Of a DNA stretch of 64,000 nucleotides, positions 1 through 13,080 are shown one piece after another. Source of the DNA: Carcharhinus amblyrhynchos (Eukaryota). The stretch spans positions 101,370,001 through 101,434,000 of the forward strand of contig OZ336878.1 of the NCBI GenBank assembly GCA_965287045.1, read 5' to 3'. Numbering within the stretch: the first letter of the stretch is position 1; the number at the start of each line of letters is the position of its first letter. Position numbers and translations under genes: made by a program. A model generated the notes under the pieces. It made no database searches. It saw only the letters and a list, made by a program, of their open reading frames with translations, and was not told the origin of the DNA.

Positions 1-730
1 GGAGGGTAAGGGATGTTTGTATTGTTGCTCGTCTCACGTGAACAAATTGAAGGCAAGGTTTAGGGATCCTTATCAGATCGAAAATAAACATGACAACCTA
101 AAATATGTGGTGAATACTCCATATTGGAGAAAGAGTCAGCGAGTGTGCTATATCAACATGCTCAAGTGGTAAATTAACAGGCGGGATGAACAGGAGCAGG
201 TGTGAGTAAAGGAAGAGAAAACAGGGGGTATAATGTGCAATCCTTACACATGACTCTAGAGCCACAGCAATGTATTAGATTATGCATGACAGATTAAAGA
301 TTGTACTGATGACACCTGTTTTAACAATACCTGATTCAATGAACACATTCTAAAATGGCTGTTGGTACTAGTAATGTTGGTATTGTTTTGTTGCAGGAAG
401 ATAAAATGGGCATTGAGAAATCATTCGGATATTTTTCACAGGACGTAACAGTACACCAGAAGAAACATTCAACTGTGGAAAAGGAGACATTCAGCTTTTG
501 AAGTCTGTATTGCAAACAACTCAGAGATGATTACCTAAAATGAGAACAGTTCTTTGAAGTTTCTGTGGACCTTTTGGGATACAAATGTATGACTCTTCCA
601 GTGGAGATTGTAAATGCAAACATTCAACTTGAAAATGATCCATGTAACTGAATGGGAGATATCATTACAGATGTGTTGTCAAGAATTTAAATTCAAAGGA
701 CTTGGATGTGGCTAACTGAAAAATTAACTA
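1..730 (+). mobile_element. Degenerate Gypsy (Gmr1-like) LTR retrotransposon remnant: integrase C-terminus joined to RT-connection/RNase H
   Basis: Broken frames resembling ARFRDPYQI..VCYINMLKW (integrase C-term) and TPVL..VGIVLLQED..FGYFSQ..HQKKHSTVEKET (RNase H). Paralogous to 23027-23760. Confidence 0.6.
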
Positions 731-948
731 GAACTAACTTCATTCTTACTAAAGACTTCTGCACATTATCATGACTCATGCAAGCACATTATAATCTAAT
801 AGTTTTTGCATAGCTAAGTATAGTATGTAACAAGAAATAGGTAAATAAAATGAATACGTATTTAAAATATGACATTTCGTTCTTTTTCTAGGATAAATGT
901 ATTTTTTTTAATTTCTTGCGATTGTGTTCCATGCCTAAAAAAGCAAAT

Positions 949-992
949 TGTGTGTGTGTGTGTGTGCGTGTGTGTGTGTGTGTGAGAGAGAG
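949..992. repeat. (TG)n(AG)n microsatellite
   Basis: Directly visible. The paralogous microsatellite is at about 23941-23978. Confidence 0.9.
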
Positions 993-3199
993 AAAAGCAT
1001 TAGTCGATGGGGTGGAGTAACAAAAAAGATTGCCTGTGTGTTGTATGAGATGAAAGGTTAAGGTGTTAGAATTGTGCATTTGTAATGACAGGTTATGTTG
1101 TGTTTTAAGTACAAGTGAATAGGCTAGTTTGAAATTTGCATTGAGAGACAAGTGGTTAAACTGATTTTGGATTGGTAAATTCAAACAGGGAAATGCAGAA
1201 GTGTTGAGGAATATATGCATTCAACAGGAGTCCCATGAGTAAACAATACATGGTATATTCAATTTTAGTGACTTGAAAGTAGAGACAAATCAGAGAACGT
1301 GATGTTGAGTTTGAAGGTGTGTTTAACAATGGAATCTGAGATGAAAGGGAGAAAATTATTTAAGAAAAAGGATGATTAACTGAGTCGAGTTGCTGTCTGG
1401 GAAAGTCCTGGAGAACAATCCATTTGTGTTGGAAGTTGAGATGCTGTGAAGGTTTTGAATTGGTGGCTGATTCTCCATGTTAAACACACAGGGTGTTTGC
1501 TTTGGGAAACTTTTTGTTTAAACTGTCTTATTTGAGTGTGCATCTCACTTTATGATAAAAACATCTCCTATACGATGATCAAATAGTAATCCAGGTTTCA
1601 GGAGTTAAGAATTTCTTTTTCCTTCTGACTCACTCAGGGAAACACATTGAAACTAACAACAGCCTTTATAGCTGCATCGACACAATTTCATTTCACAAAC
1701 ATACATTTGGGTTTGGCCACAGAGTTTGCCTGAACATCTACTCCCCAGGGCATGAGCATTCTGCTGCCAATGGAGATTTCCAAGAGTTTATGGAACCTGA
1801 TTGAGATGCTTTCATGTAAACGCTGTGGGTTGTTGTTTAGATCACATTAAGCCGAATCCTGATCGTTCTAACTAATTTGAGGAGAGAGTCTAATGTTGAT
1901 ACAGGTTAGTAATACATTAGGAGAACACATTTGATGCATTGGCGTCAAATTGAGCTGCGTGGCTGTGCATCATTCGACGATCGGGGGAACAGATCCGCAG
2001 ATCTAAGTTGAATAGTACACTTACTATAAATCTGTTTTGGAAAATAATTGGTGTGTTTATGTAATTAGTCCTCAGAGGCAGGAGTTCTTTCACCATAATC
2101 TCTTTATTTTCAAGTCTGACAGCGGCATACAGAGTGCTTTCAGTTAGCAGTTCAACATCAGGAGTCCCAGAGGAACTGACACTCCTGGTCAAATACAAAG
2201 CAGGGGGCTTCCTGGCTGGCCCATCAGTTCAGCCCTAAATCAGGAAGCACATATTCTTAACAAGCCAACCTCAATTGTCTGGTTAGAGCTGTTACAGTTT
2301 ATATCTAATCAATTCAGGAAAAATAATAAAAATGGTGATGGATGTTATCCACTCAGGAAGCACTGTCTGTAAGCAGTTGGAGCCTCTTCATTTCTCTCAC
2401 TAAAGCCATGTCTTTGACTAATATTCACCTAACCACAGTTAAATACAAAATTGTTTCTGCTGTACCAATTGTGGGGACGGACTTGGAGTGTGCTTCCGCT
2501 GGGAGGGCAAATCAAAACTTATTCTGTTTGCATTAATCCATTCCATATCCTGGATATCTAATTTAACTATTCTCGCCCTTGCCCTGTCCATATATGACTC
2601 AATAGCGGCTACACTGCTTCACTTATATTGTTATTGCGTTGTAAACGAGAATATTTCTCATCAGTCATACCGACGCTATGTCTTGTGGCCCTCAATTTTG
2701 GGAGAATCATTTTTCCTGCTCACTCATTAGTAAATTTTAAGATTCAGCACATCCTTCATTTATAATACAAACCCATTTGAAATAATTGAATTGTCTTTCC
2801 AATATTACACACTATAGATACCCACTTCATTCCTTCATGGAGTGTCACACCACAATTAGTTTCCCATCCACAAGTGCCCTTCAACTGAATGGCTCGCTAT
2901 GATGTTTCCAAGGGCAGTTTCAAGTCAAAAACTTGAAACTGCCCTTGGAAACATCATGTCTGCCTGGCCTAGCCAACATTGCTCATTACTCGTAAAATAA
3001 TAAAAATCAATTAGCTGATCTAGATTTCCCACCCAGCGACATGACCACTGTTGCTCCCCTCTGACCACCACTACCACTAACCCATCGATCTGAACCTTAT
3101 TCTGATACAATGAAAACATTAAGTTCATGCATTTTAAACGTCTATTAAGAGAGTTGTCATCACTATGATGTATAAAGTGTTGATAAAATTCGGGTGTGT

Positions 3200-4564
3200 T
3201 TATCTTATGGAACCAATGTTCTTGTATTGACACATGAGAAGATGCTTGAAGGTTTTCTTAAAGGTCGGATTACAGAGCGCATAGCAAGCGGGGTTGACAG
3301 TGCTATTGATGTAACAGAGCCAATATCCAATAGTCCAGACTGTGTCAGGGACACTGCTTGGACTTATGGTGTAAATGAGCACCATGACAAAGTATGGGCT
3401 CAAAGTGATGATAAATGCCAAGAGAAGAGCCAGGACAGTCCTAGTTACCTTCTTCTCCCGGGACAGGGCTCCCTTACTCTTCTCAAAAGCTGTGCTGGTA
3501 ATCGAAATGATCTTCTCTGCGCTACTTTCGCTGTCATGCCCATTCTTGCTGATGACATCTGCGACTGTTCTGATTGTGGTGGCACTATCAGCACCATTTT
3601 CAGATTTGCCTATAGCTTTTATGGAAGAGAGTTTGGGGTTGTCCATTCTTAAATGGCTTGATGGGACCACACTGGGGTGAGGTAATTTACCAGGAGACGG
3701 CGTCGCCACCTGGCCATCCTTACTAGTTAATATTTCTCCAGTTATTTTGACATTTTGCTGTTTGTCATGTGACAAAAAAATAGTACCATCTAATGTGTTG
3801 TTTTGGTTCGGCTCCATTGTGCTGCCGTTCACTAGAGAGGGTGAAATGGTGCCCTTGCTGGATCCCGGCACCTTTTTATTCCCTTTGATTCGACTTTTGC
3901 TGGCTCGAGCTATTTCCACAGAGAGAACAATTATAATGAGTGCAGGGGCATAGAAAGTAGCTACAGCAGTGCCAAAGATGATGGCTGGATTGGAGAGGAA
4001 CTGTACATAACACTCGCTCTCACTAACTGTCCGTTCGCCTACGGTGAACTGCCAGAAGAGAATAAGAGGAACCCAGATCGTAAATGGTACCACCCAAATT
4101 GCTGCAATCATCATCCCCGCCACCTTCACTGTTCTCTTCACGGGGAAGCTCAGGGGCCTAGTCACACAGAAATAGCGATCAAAGCTGATGACTAGAAGGT
4201 TCGCGCAAGAGACATTGCTGACAAAATAATCCAGAGCGAGCCATAAGTCACATACCACTGGGCCCAATGGCCAGTAGCCCATTACAATGTAAGTGGTGTA
4301 TAGGTTCATAGAGAACACACCAATAAACAAATCAGCGCAGGCCAAGCTGAAAAGGAAGTAATTGTTAATAGTTTGTAAATGTCTGTTTAGTTTGATAGAA
4401 ACAATGACCAAAATGTTTCCAATAATTGTCACCAAGCTTAACGCAGCTGTCACAGTCACAATAAGGACCACTTCAAACGTTTTGTAAGGACTCGCTCTTT
4501 CAGCGTCAAACAATCCTGTTGGGTTGCTGAGAAATGAATTGACTGCCGTTGAGTTTGCCATCAT
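3200..4564 (-). CDS. CHRM2: Muscarinic acetylcholine receptor M2-like GPCR, paralog A (454 aa, single coding exon)
   Basis: Intact ORF with M2 hallmarks [60 protein letters not shown] and [13 protein letters not shown]. True start is ATGATG at 4564 (the track's 4594 is TTG). Preceded by a polypyrimidine tract with AG acceptors. A divergent paralog, not necessarily the CHRM2 ortholog. Confidence 0.93.
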   Translation of the reverse strand: MMANSTAVNSFLSNPTGLFDAERASPYKTFEVVLIVTVTAALSLVTIIGNILVIVSIKLNRHLQTINNYFLFSLACADLFIGVFSMNLYTTYIVMGYWPLGPVVCDLWLALDYFVSNVSCANLLVISFDRYFCVTRPLSFPVKRTVKVAGMMIAAIWVVPFTIWVPLILFWQFTVGERTVSESECYVQFLSNPAIIFGTAVATFYAPALIIIVLSVEIARASKSRIKGNKKVPGSSKGTISPSLVNGSTMEPNQNNTLDGTIFLSHDKQQNVKITGEILTSKDGQVATPSPGKLPHPSVVPSSHLRMDNPKLSSIKAIGKSENGADSATTIRTVADVISKNGHDSESSAEKIISITSTAFEKSKGALSREKKVTRTVLALLLAFIITLSPYFVMVLIYTISPSSVPDTVWTIGYWLCYINSTVNPACYALCNPTFKKTFKHLLMCQYKNIGSIR

Positions 4565-4771
4565 TTGCTTCTGATGTGTAGGTAGCACTGACAAGGCTAA
4601 AGTACAGAAAATAAGAGAAAAAAATTGGGAATCATTTCACAGTGAATAGTCAACCAGCAACTCACTGACTTTCAACCAGCAAAACTATCTATTCTTACAA
4701 ACTTCAATACTTTTAGCAGAAAGGACTCGGTTTTAATTAGGAATCATCTCAAAGGTTGTCCAATGTACACT

Positions 4772-5012
4772 TACATAAGAACATAAGAAATAGGAGCAGG
4801 AGTAGGCCATCTAGCCCCTCAAGCCGGCTCTGCCATTCAATAAGATCAGGGCTGATGTGATAGTGGTTCAGTTCCGCTTATCCACCTGCTCCCCTTATTG
4901 GTCAAAATTCCCTTAATTCCCTTATTGGTCAAAAATCTATTTGTCTGTGACTTAAACACGTTCCAAAGATTCATTACCCTCTGGGAGAAGAAGTTCCTCC
5001 TCAACTCTGTTC
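4772..5012 (-). mobile_element. CR1 LINE 3' fragment
   Basis: cataagaacataagaaataggagcaggagtaggccat is the reverse complement of the CR1 3' tail. Absent from the paralogous site in unit B (about 27670). Confidence 0.75.
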
Positions 5013-6506
5013 TATCGTTATATTATTCTATTTAATTATAAGCTTATCCTTAATTATTTGTATGGAACTGAACACAGATGATGATGAGTGACTTTTCAAA
5101 TACATCTCTCAAGGTTCATAGCTTCATCGCTCCAGAATAACTCGATTAAACATCTTTGAAAACTTAAATGTTCTGCATTTCCCCCGAGAGGGAGAGAGGA
5201 ATCTGAACCTGAGTCACTTCATGTCGAAGTCATGTGTTTAAATGCAGAAATTCATGGGTTTTTAAGAATAAAGGCTTAAAACAAATTTTAATTTCTCTAA
5301 TTTTGACAGCCATTTAATTTGAAACTTGTATGAGGATTGTGCTGAGTATGTATATATATATATATATAATATGTGAGGATAACTTTTAAAGCAGAAATTT
5401 GAAGGCAAAAGTAGGAATGCAGTGCATCAGACTCGGTCACCAAATCAGGAAATCCATCACTTGTGCTCATGTGTGTAGATGATAACTTCCTCTGGTTTAA
5501 CTCCTGTGCCTTTACTCAGCTATTCCAATTCACCTTTAATTATCCTGAATTTGTCCCTCAATCTCACTCATTTGTTTATCCTTTATGTAGATATTTAATT
5601 TCTCATATTGCCAACATGTCCTGAATATTGAATCATTTGATCTGTGTGCTGCGTTTATGGTAGCTAATAAACTTACCTCGTCATTGACTCAAGAGAAGCT
5701 GTTTAAATTGACTCCGACTAAAAAGTAAATATATTTAGATTGTGAAAATGTATCTTGGGAACTGGATTATTAATAAGATGTGGCCTAGAAAAGGGGTGGG
5801 GCTATGTGGGAGAGCGGATTCAATAAATAAGGGCAGCCAGAAAACTCCACCTCACCTGAAGGCATAACAAAATCGAGCACAGTCCAGGAAGTTAACAAAT
5901 TAGGGGATCTCATCTGCGACCAATTATAACAAAGTGCACTCAAAAATTTCAAGTATTAGCTTTGTAAACCTTCTCTACACCCTCTCTGATGCCTTTATAT
6001 CACTTTTTTATAACATGGCCACCAGCTCTGCTTATAATAGTGTGCAACGTTGTGCACTGAACTCTTAAATATATGTGTGGTCTAAACATGTTTGTTGCAG
6101 ATTAAAAATAACTTCTCTACTTTTCAAATCTATCCCTCTACGAATAAACCCTTGTGTTTGCTTTGCCATGTTTTTATCGCAAGGCAAGCAGGAGGCCACA
6201 GTGTATCTTTTAGTGATTGACGTATTTGGAGCAAAACATCAATTTCTGCATCAATCCTAAGCGGCTTGAAATTTCCAAGTAACGTGAGCTCGCTATTTCG
6301 CTAACGAAATGTTCCACTGCACACTTCTTTCTGTCAGGCTTCATTTTTCCCACTATTTGCCGCTCTGAAAATTTAACAATATCCTTCTAAAATCTTTTGC
6401 AGTCTTCCCAACCATGACACCAAATGCCTACCCAATCTACCCACAAAAGTTGATTGCACATGGAATGGGTTGGACAATGATCTTGGAAATTCTTCAGTTC
6501 TTTTCA

Positions 6507-7404
6507 TTATTTAATCAATTTAACAAGTTGAGTAAATGGATATTTGACCACATTCACCAACTGCTCTTTGAACTCAGTTTGACTAACAGCATAAATAAAA
6601 GGGTTTTTACGGCAATTCAGGAGCTGCAGCATGAATGCTATTATGCCAATAAATGTCAGCAAAAATCCAGATTCATACCCTCTGAACCACATTCCAGGCC
6701 ATGTGTAATACGTTGCATACACTAACTATAAGAGGATGCAATCTGCAGAAATGTAAAACAGTAAAATAATACATTTTCTTTGACTCTCCCCCTGTGACAT
6801 GCTGGGACTCTTGCCAGTGCTGTGATGCTCGAGTCTCCTACAGACTCTACTGGCCAAGAAAACATGTCTGAGAGTGAAATCATTGAGTAGCAGAATGAGA
6901 ACAAGTGGGACAACCGGAGTGAGAATGTAGTAGAGGAGCAGAAGTGTTGACCAGACTGGTGAGTCCAAAATGTTTCTTGGCACAAAACAAAAGGGGTCAT
7001 TCCACAGCTGAAATCTATCTGAAAATATAAAATACCATGTGGTCTCTTTCAAACCATTCAGTAAAGTCACTGTTCCCAGAGCCAGCACTGCAGTTTTCTC
7101 AGGGCAATATTTCCTTCCCAGCTTCTGGCAACAAATGGCGACAAATCGATCAAAGATTAAAATGATGGTGAACCAGATGGAACAGTCTGTGGCTGCATAA
7201 AGCAGGGCACCATATTACACTTTGGGATGGAGTACACAAAAAGTAATTCTTGCTGATGAACAAACGGAATGCGCCTCATCATCAGATCGGTAATAATTAT
7301 AATAACCAGTAGATTTGCTGCTGCCATGGCCACCAGGTAGCGGATCACAAAATTGGAGAGCCCACACCTCTCCCAGAAGAGGATCATAATGGTCACCACA
7401 TTAA
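6507..7404 (-). pseudogene. GPR139: GPR139-like GPCR exon 2, unit A (disabled)
   Basis: Colinear with the intact copy at 30100-31007. Acceptor cacAG|TTAAT at 7405/7404. Net 4-nt deletion near 7212 (frameshift) and TGG>TAG nonsense at 6726-6728. Confidence 0.88.
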
Positions 7405-7520
7405 CTGTGAGGAGGAGACATGAACAAGGACATCTTCCATCAGATTGAAAGCACAGTCACCAGTTTCATTGAGTATTTCCTGACATATGGAAACATTTGT
7501 AGTTTCTTTAATGATATGTT

Positions 7521-7925
7521 AGTGTCTGGCCTCAGAGAGGTCTATATGATCTCATAGAGGTCTGTAAAATAATGAGCAGGCATAGATCAGGTAGTTAGTC
7601 GATGTAATCTCCCAAAGGTAGAGGAGTCTAAAATTAGAGGGCATAGGTTTGAGGTGAAGCGGGAGAGATACAAAAGGGTCCAGAGGGGCATTTGTTTTCT
7701 CACAGAGGGTGGTGAGTGTCTGGAACAAGCTATCAGGGGTAGGAGTCAAGTAGGGTATAATGTTGTCTTTTAAAAAGCTTTCGATAATTACATGGGCAAG
7801 TTGGATAAAGAGGGATGTGGACCAAACACAGGCAATTGGAAATAGCTTAGTGGTTAACTAAAGGGGTGGCATGGACAAGTTGGGCCGAAGTGCCTGTTCC
7901 CATGCTGTAAATCCCTATGACTCTA
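7521..7925 (+). mobile_element. CR1 LINE 3' fragment inserted in the GPR139-like intron
   Basis: CR1 ORF2 end (agagggcataggtttgaggtg..ttctcacagagggtggtgagtgtctggaac) and ctatgactct tail, flanked by atgtt. Empty site in unit B at about 31120. Confidence 0.85.
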
Positions 7926-9419
7926 AATGTTGAATTGGTTCTACTCTGTTCCATTTCACGCTACTACCGACTTACTTCTTTGCTACGTTTGTGAAAGGCG
8001 GAAGCGTTCACACAAGATCAATTGGGAAAAACCTGAACATATTAAGAATAAAAGCTGAACAAAATGTGACCTGTCCTGATCACAGAACCTCTGCATGCTG
8101 CTCACGCTGAGGAAACTGCTGCATGTGCAGACAATCTGCTCCAAGTGTACGTGGGAATTCTATCCCATGCTGTGCGCACCTTGTCCTTCATAAATACAGC
8201 ATTCATAAAGACAACATTCCTTGGTCATGATGTTGTATTTCAGTCTGTGAATGTGATTTAAGGGCACCCTACTGGAAACAGTAAGCAAATGCTGGCACTT
8301 TGTATCTTTGCTGACAGGTTTCCTGCCTCTGCACAGTGAGCTCAGTTCATGCATTGAAAAAGCAGATGACAACTTGTTGATTAAATAAGACAGTAGACAC
8401 GAAAGATCATCAGATCAACCTCTGGCACCAAGAGGCTCAAAAGGAAAGATTGCGTCCTCAGAACATTGTTGAATGATAATGAGTCTCTGTAACTTGCACC
8501 TACCAAGAACAAAGGCATTTGCCTGCGACACAGGTTTCATATGAGGTGGGTGGGTGGGGAGGCCAAATAAAGCTGCCCTTTCTCGCAAATCAAACAAATA
8601 AGGGCCATTGATGTTGCTGTTTGCACTAGATGGACAATGGCCATATTACTATTGCCCTGTGATCCGGAGAGGTAGCCCATGCCTAGATAATAGCGGGTAG
8701 CCGAATCTCCTATTCAGGGATACTGACAAAAAGACCTGCAATCTCTTAACATGAATGATGATTAGTGAGAATTTCTGGTTGGCAATCAATGGAAATGATC
8801 ATAGCAGTTATAAGCAGGGTTTTACCGCCAAGAAGTCATGTTCTTGCAGAAGATCACACGCAGCAATGGCAAGATTTTACCTTTATAGAATGAACGTGTT
8901 CACCATCAGAAAAGGTACAACAAGCGATCTGATGAAACCCTTGCCAATGTTCAGATGCTGCATTCGCATCATCTCTAACTGATGGAAGGATGCCAGCTCG
9001 AAACAAACAGTGAACTGTACAATGACAGTGTTACCTGTTAAAAGCAGTGACTGTCATTGAATGAAAGCAATCATTCAATGAATTTCATATTTCCATTGCA
9101 ATATCACATGGAGAGAAACAGTTTGTAAAGGCCAGGTAAAAGCTGCTGCAGATCTAACCCTTTCCTTGTTCTGGTGAAAGTAGGTGAGTTTGCTGCAAAT
9201 ATGAAGTTGACAAGAAATGTTTACAGTAAAGGACAGGGCAACCTGATAGAAATTTGTCCATGAGGTTTGCTGAGAGATTCGTCCGCAGTTTATAATTCAA
9301 TAAAGTCCAAACAGCAATTCGACAGGAGAGTTTTGGAATCACTGCAATCCATCAACTTACTTTCTCACACATTTCAATGCTTCTTCAAACAAAAAAACCA
9401 CTTAGCAAAAAAAAAACCA

Positions 9420-9640
9420 CTGGGGATGCTCTAATCTGAAACAAATTCATAAAATGCTGGATAATCTCAGCAGGTCTGTCAGCATCTGGGCAGAGAGAGA
9501 GAGAATAGACTTAAAATTTCAAGTCCACATCACTGGAACTGTGAAGTGGGGTCACACAGACTCGAAAAGTTAAATATTAACGAAATATTTATCTCCCCAC
9601 AAATGCTACCAGTCCTGCTGAGCTTTCATCCAGCATAATC
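9420..9640. mobile_element. Short inverted-repeat element (Penelope-derived/MITE-like) in the GPR139-like intron
   Basis: aaatgctggataatctcagcaggtctg...ctaccagtcctgctgagc inverted arms. Copies sit at the same position in the other units (about 32540-32720 and 49445-49630). Confidence 0.55.
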
Positions 9641-10016
9641 AGAAATGCTACAGAAAGTGAAACATCTGAAAGCACAGATATCAGATTGTAAGCTGGACTG
9701 CGGGACATGGATTCTGAGCCATCGGCACAAACCATGTCAACATTTATTTATGTTCTAACAGAATCTGATTTCAGATTTCTATTCTGTATTAGAGATGAAG
9801 GATATGTTGAAAGTGACAGATACGCCATTCTTTAAGTTCAGAATGAAGCGAATATTGTGTAATAATAAAATCAAACCAAATGAAAACAACATCAAGAGCA
9901 AAACGCAAGAATTGCACTGAACCTACCTCAGAGCTGAATCTACTGATAAACAGGATGAGAAGATTAATGTAGTGGAACATGGAATATAGAATTAATAGCT
10001 AGATATTGGGACTTAC

Positions 10017-10098
10017 CAGGGATGCCAATGTCACCAATGAGTGGATAGAAAATCTTTTCTATCCCAAGGATGAAGAAGGTTATCTTCTGCTGGTCCAT
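10017..10098 (-). pseudogene. GPR139: GPR139-like exon 1, unit A (MDQQKITFFILGIEKIFYPLIGDIGIP, phase-1 donor)
   Basis: 82-nt ATG-initiated exon ending CCTG|GTAAGT. Splices in frame (G+TT=Val) to exon 2 at 7404 and completes TM1 (YP...GIP-VN). Confidence 0.8.
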
Positions 10099-10177
10099 TT
10101 CTATAGAGCCACTGATCCTTGTTACCATTAGATGTGAAACTCCCCCTGATATGAAGAGATAAAACACATTGGAAGCA

Positions 10178-10194
10178 GGCCTTTATGAATAGAA
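10178..10194 (-). promoter_or_regulatory. Conserved TATA-like motif upstream of GPR139-like exon 1
   Basis: The 16-mer TTCTATTCATAAAGGC (minus strand) is identical in all three units (10179, 33275, 50198), about 80-95 nt upstream of the ATG. Confidence 0.45.
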
Positions 10195-10539
10195 GGGTGA
10201 GATCTCCAGAGACTCAAAGGGGATCCATGGAGACTAATATTAATCATAGTCACTGAACAAACAAATTCATTGAATTCCTTCCAATCTGACACTTAGTGGC
10301 AGTGCATTTGTTTGACAATGTTTGAAATGTGTTCCAGTGTCAAAGGACAAATAAAAGCACACACCTTGTGGCTAAATCTATTACTGCTGCAGCCTTGTGT
10401 CCTGTGTGTTGATGGTATGAAGCTCGATGGTCAGCTGTAGGTAGTCATGGTCTATTTTCAAAATGTTTAAAATAGCACTGGAGTTTGTGATAAGATTAAT
10501 ACATATCTAAAAGAGAAAGTTGATTAAAATAGTCAGGAT

Positions 10540-12305
10540 ATGGAGATGCCAGCATTGGAGTGTGGGTGGGCACAGTAAGAAGTCTCACAACACCAGGTTC
10601 AAGTCCAACAGGGTTATTTGGTATCAGGAGCTTTTGGAGTGCTGCTCCTTCATCAGGTGAATGGAGAATAGGTTCACAAACACGGTATATATAGGCAAAA
10701 ACACAATTGCAAGATAATTACAGATTGGAATGTGAAGAATGTTTGAAATGCAGTCTTTATAGATAATCAAGTCTTTAAATTTAGAGACAGTACGAGTGGA
10801 GATAAGGATAATTACAGGTTGAAGAGGTGTGAATTGTCTCAAACCAGGACAGTTAGTAGGAGCTTGCAAGTCCAGGCCAAATGGTAGGGGTTACGTGTAG
10901 TGTGACATGAACATAAAATCTCAGTTGCAATCATCCTCACACATGTGGAACTTGGCTATCAGTTTCTGCTTGGTTACTCTGTGCTTTCCTGTGCCTTGAA
11001 GGCCGCCTTGGAGAGTGCTTACCCGAATATCAGAGGCTGCATGTCCTTGGCTGTATAATTGTTCCCCGACTGGAAGGGGACACACATGTCTGGTGTTTGT
11101 TGTATGTTTCCGTTCATCCATTGTCCTAGCATCTGCATGTCCTCGTCGATGTACCACACCTTGGGACATTCATTCCTGCAGGATATGAGGTAGACAACAT
11201 TGGCTGAGTTGCATGAGTGTGTACCTTGTACCTGGTGGATGGTGTTCTCATGTGTGATGGTGGTATCCATGTTGATGATTCGACACATCTTGCATAGGTT
11301 GTCATGGCAGGCTTGTGTGGTATCATCCTGAAGGCTGGGTAATTTGCTGCGTACAATGATCTGTTTGTGGTTGGGCGATTGTTTGACGGAAAGTAGTAGG
11401 ATTGGGCTTGGCCTTGGCGAGATGTTTGCCTTCATCGATGACATGTTAAAGGCTCTCAAGAAGATGTCATCGTTTCTCCACTCCGGGGAAGCACTGGGTG
11501 TCAAAAGGTACTCTGTCAGTCATGTCCTGTGTTTGTCCTCTGAAGAGAAGGTATGATTTTTATGCTGTGGCACATCAAAACTGTCGATCGATGAGTTCAG
11601 TGCCATATCCTGTTCTTATGAGTGTTTCTTTCAGCTTCTTTTATATCTGTTGTGTTCGTCTTCGTCTGAGCAGATCCTATATATACAGAGTGCTCGTCCA
11701 GAGGGGATGGCTTCTTTAACGTGTTTAGAAGGGGAACATTGTGAAGTTATCGGTGCGCTTGCAGTACGGTGAAGTCCTTGATGGAGATGAGTGTGTCCAA
11801 GAATGCAACCGATTCTGGACAGTGATCCATGGTGAGTCTGATGGTGGCATGGAACTTGCTGATATCATCATGTAGTAATTTCAATGATTCTTTGCCGTGA
11901 GTCCAAAGGAAGAAAATGTCATCAATGTATCTGGTGTATAGCGACAGTTAAATATCCTGTGCTGTGAAGAGGTCTTGTTCGAATGTGTGCGTGAACATGT
12001 TGGCCTGTTCCGGTTTGAATATTTGTCCCCGTGAGCAGTTTGTGTGTCTGGATGAAGAACTGGTTGTCTAAGGTGAAGATGTTATAGCCCAGGATGAAGT
12101 GGATGCGTTGTAGAATTGTGTGTGGAAATTGGTAGTTGTCAGTGTTGAGTACTGAGGCTGTCCCAGCAATGCCTTCATCGTGGGGGATGCTGGTGTAGAG
12201 TGCCAAGATGTCCATTGTAACGAGGAATGCTCCTGGTTCCACTGGACCCTGGGGGCTGATTTTCAGAAATAAGCCCACAGTGTTGCGACAGAAGCTGGGA
12301 GTTTT
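10540..12305 (-). mobile_element. Penelope-like retroelement (RT plus GIY-YIG endonuclease), 5'-truncated and frameshifted
   Basis: ORF pieces LVTMDILALYTSIPHDEGI, FTLDNQFFIQTH and RYIDDIFFLWTHG (RT), and HSCNSANVVYLISC..WYIDE (GIY-YIG). Terminal repeat with a hammerhead-like motif at about 10626-10660. Confidence 0.88.
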
Positions 12306-13080
12306 TTGTTAACTTTGCAGATAGTATATGAAGTAGGAAAATGTGAAGTTATGCAATTTGTCAGAAAATATATAAGCTGAATATCAAGTAACAAGAAAAA
12401 GATTGGAGAAAGCTGCAGCAAAGAGGGATTTGGATGTACTTGGGCGTAAATCACAAAAAGCTAGCTTGCAAGTTCAGCATATAATAGAGAAATGAAATGG
12501 AAAGTTGGTATTTATGTCCACAGGAATGGAGTATAAAAAGGGAAAGTTTTGTTCCAACTATACAAGACAATGTGATCTGTTTTGGTCTCAGGAATGATAT
12601 AGTGGAGGGAGTCCAGAGGAAGTTCACTCAGTTGATCTCGGGTGCGGAGGGATTTTCTTATGAGCAAAGAATGAGTAGATTGGGCATATACTCACTGAAG
12701 TTCAGAAGAACGAGATGCGATCTTGTTGAGACCCATTGGGTTCTCTGGGGTTTGACAGGGAGGATACTGAGAGATTGTTTACCCTTGTGTGAGAGTCCAG
12801 GACCAGAGGTAATGGAATCAGAGTAAGGGGTTATTCATTTAAGACAGAGGCTAGGAGGAATTTCTCCTCTCGGGGACAGCAAATATGTACATTATTTTTA
12901 CCACAGGAGGCTGTAGAGGTGGGGTCATTAAGTATGTTCTAGGTTGATATGGACAGATTTTTCATTATTGGAATAAGGGTGAGAAAGTGGAGGTGAGGAT
13001 ATCACGCCAGATCAGGAATGATCTCATTGAATGATAGAACAAACACGATAGGCTGAATGGCCTTCTTCTGCTCCAACATG
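12306..13080 (+). mobile_element. CR1 LINE ORF2 3' part
   Basis: EGVQRKFTQLISG..FSYEQRMSRLGIYSLKFRRTRCDLVET motif and CR1 3' UTR. Confidence 0.85.

Larger units (their letters stand above)
1..10430. repeat. Segmental duplication unit A (Gmr1 remnant, M2-like gene, GPR139-like gene)
   Basis: Colinear by-eye homology to about 23020-33510 (e.g. 9 gggatgtttgtattgttgctcgtctcacgtgaac vs 23031 gggatgcttgtaatgttgctggtctcacgtgaac). Partial homology to 37090-50700. Confidence 0.85.

Noticed and set aside
3194-3953. Plus-strand ORFs conserved opposite each M2-like gene (also 26084-26834 and 43117-44139)
   Set aside because: Antisense shadows of the conserved receptor CDS.
4565-4594. N-terminal extension [10 protein letters not shown] on M2-like paralog A
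   Set aside because: Starts at TTG in the acceptor/5' UTR region, and paralog B has TGA in this frame. The conserved start is ATGATG at 4564.
5671-5680. GAG|GTAAGT donor (minus strand) as the M2-like 5' exon
   Set aside because: Good consensus, but I could not find an equivalent in units B or C, so it is unsupported.
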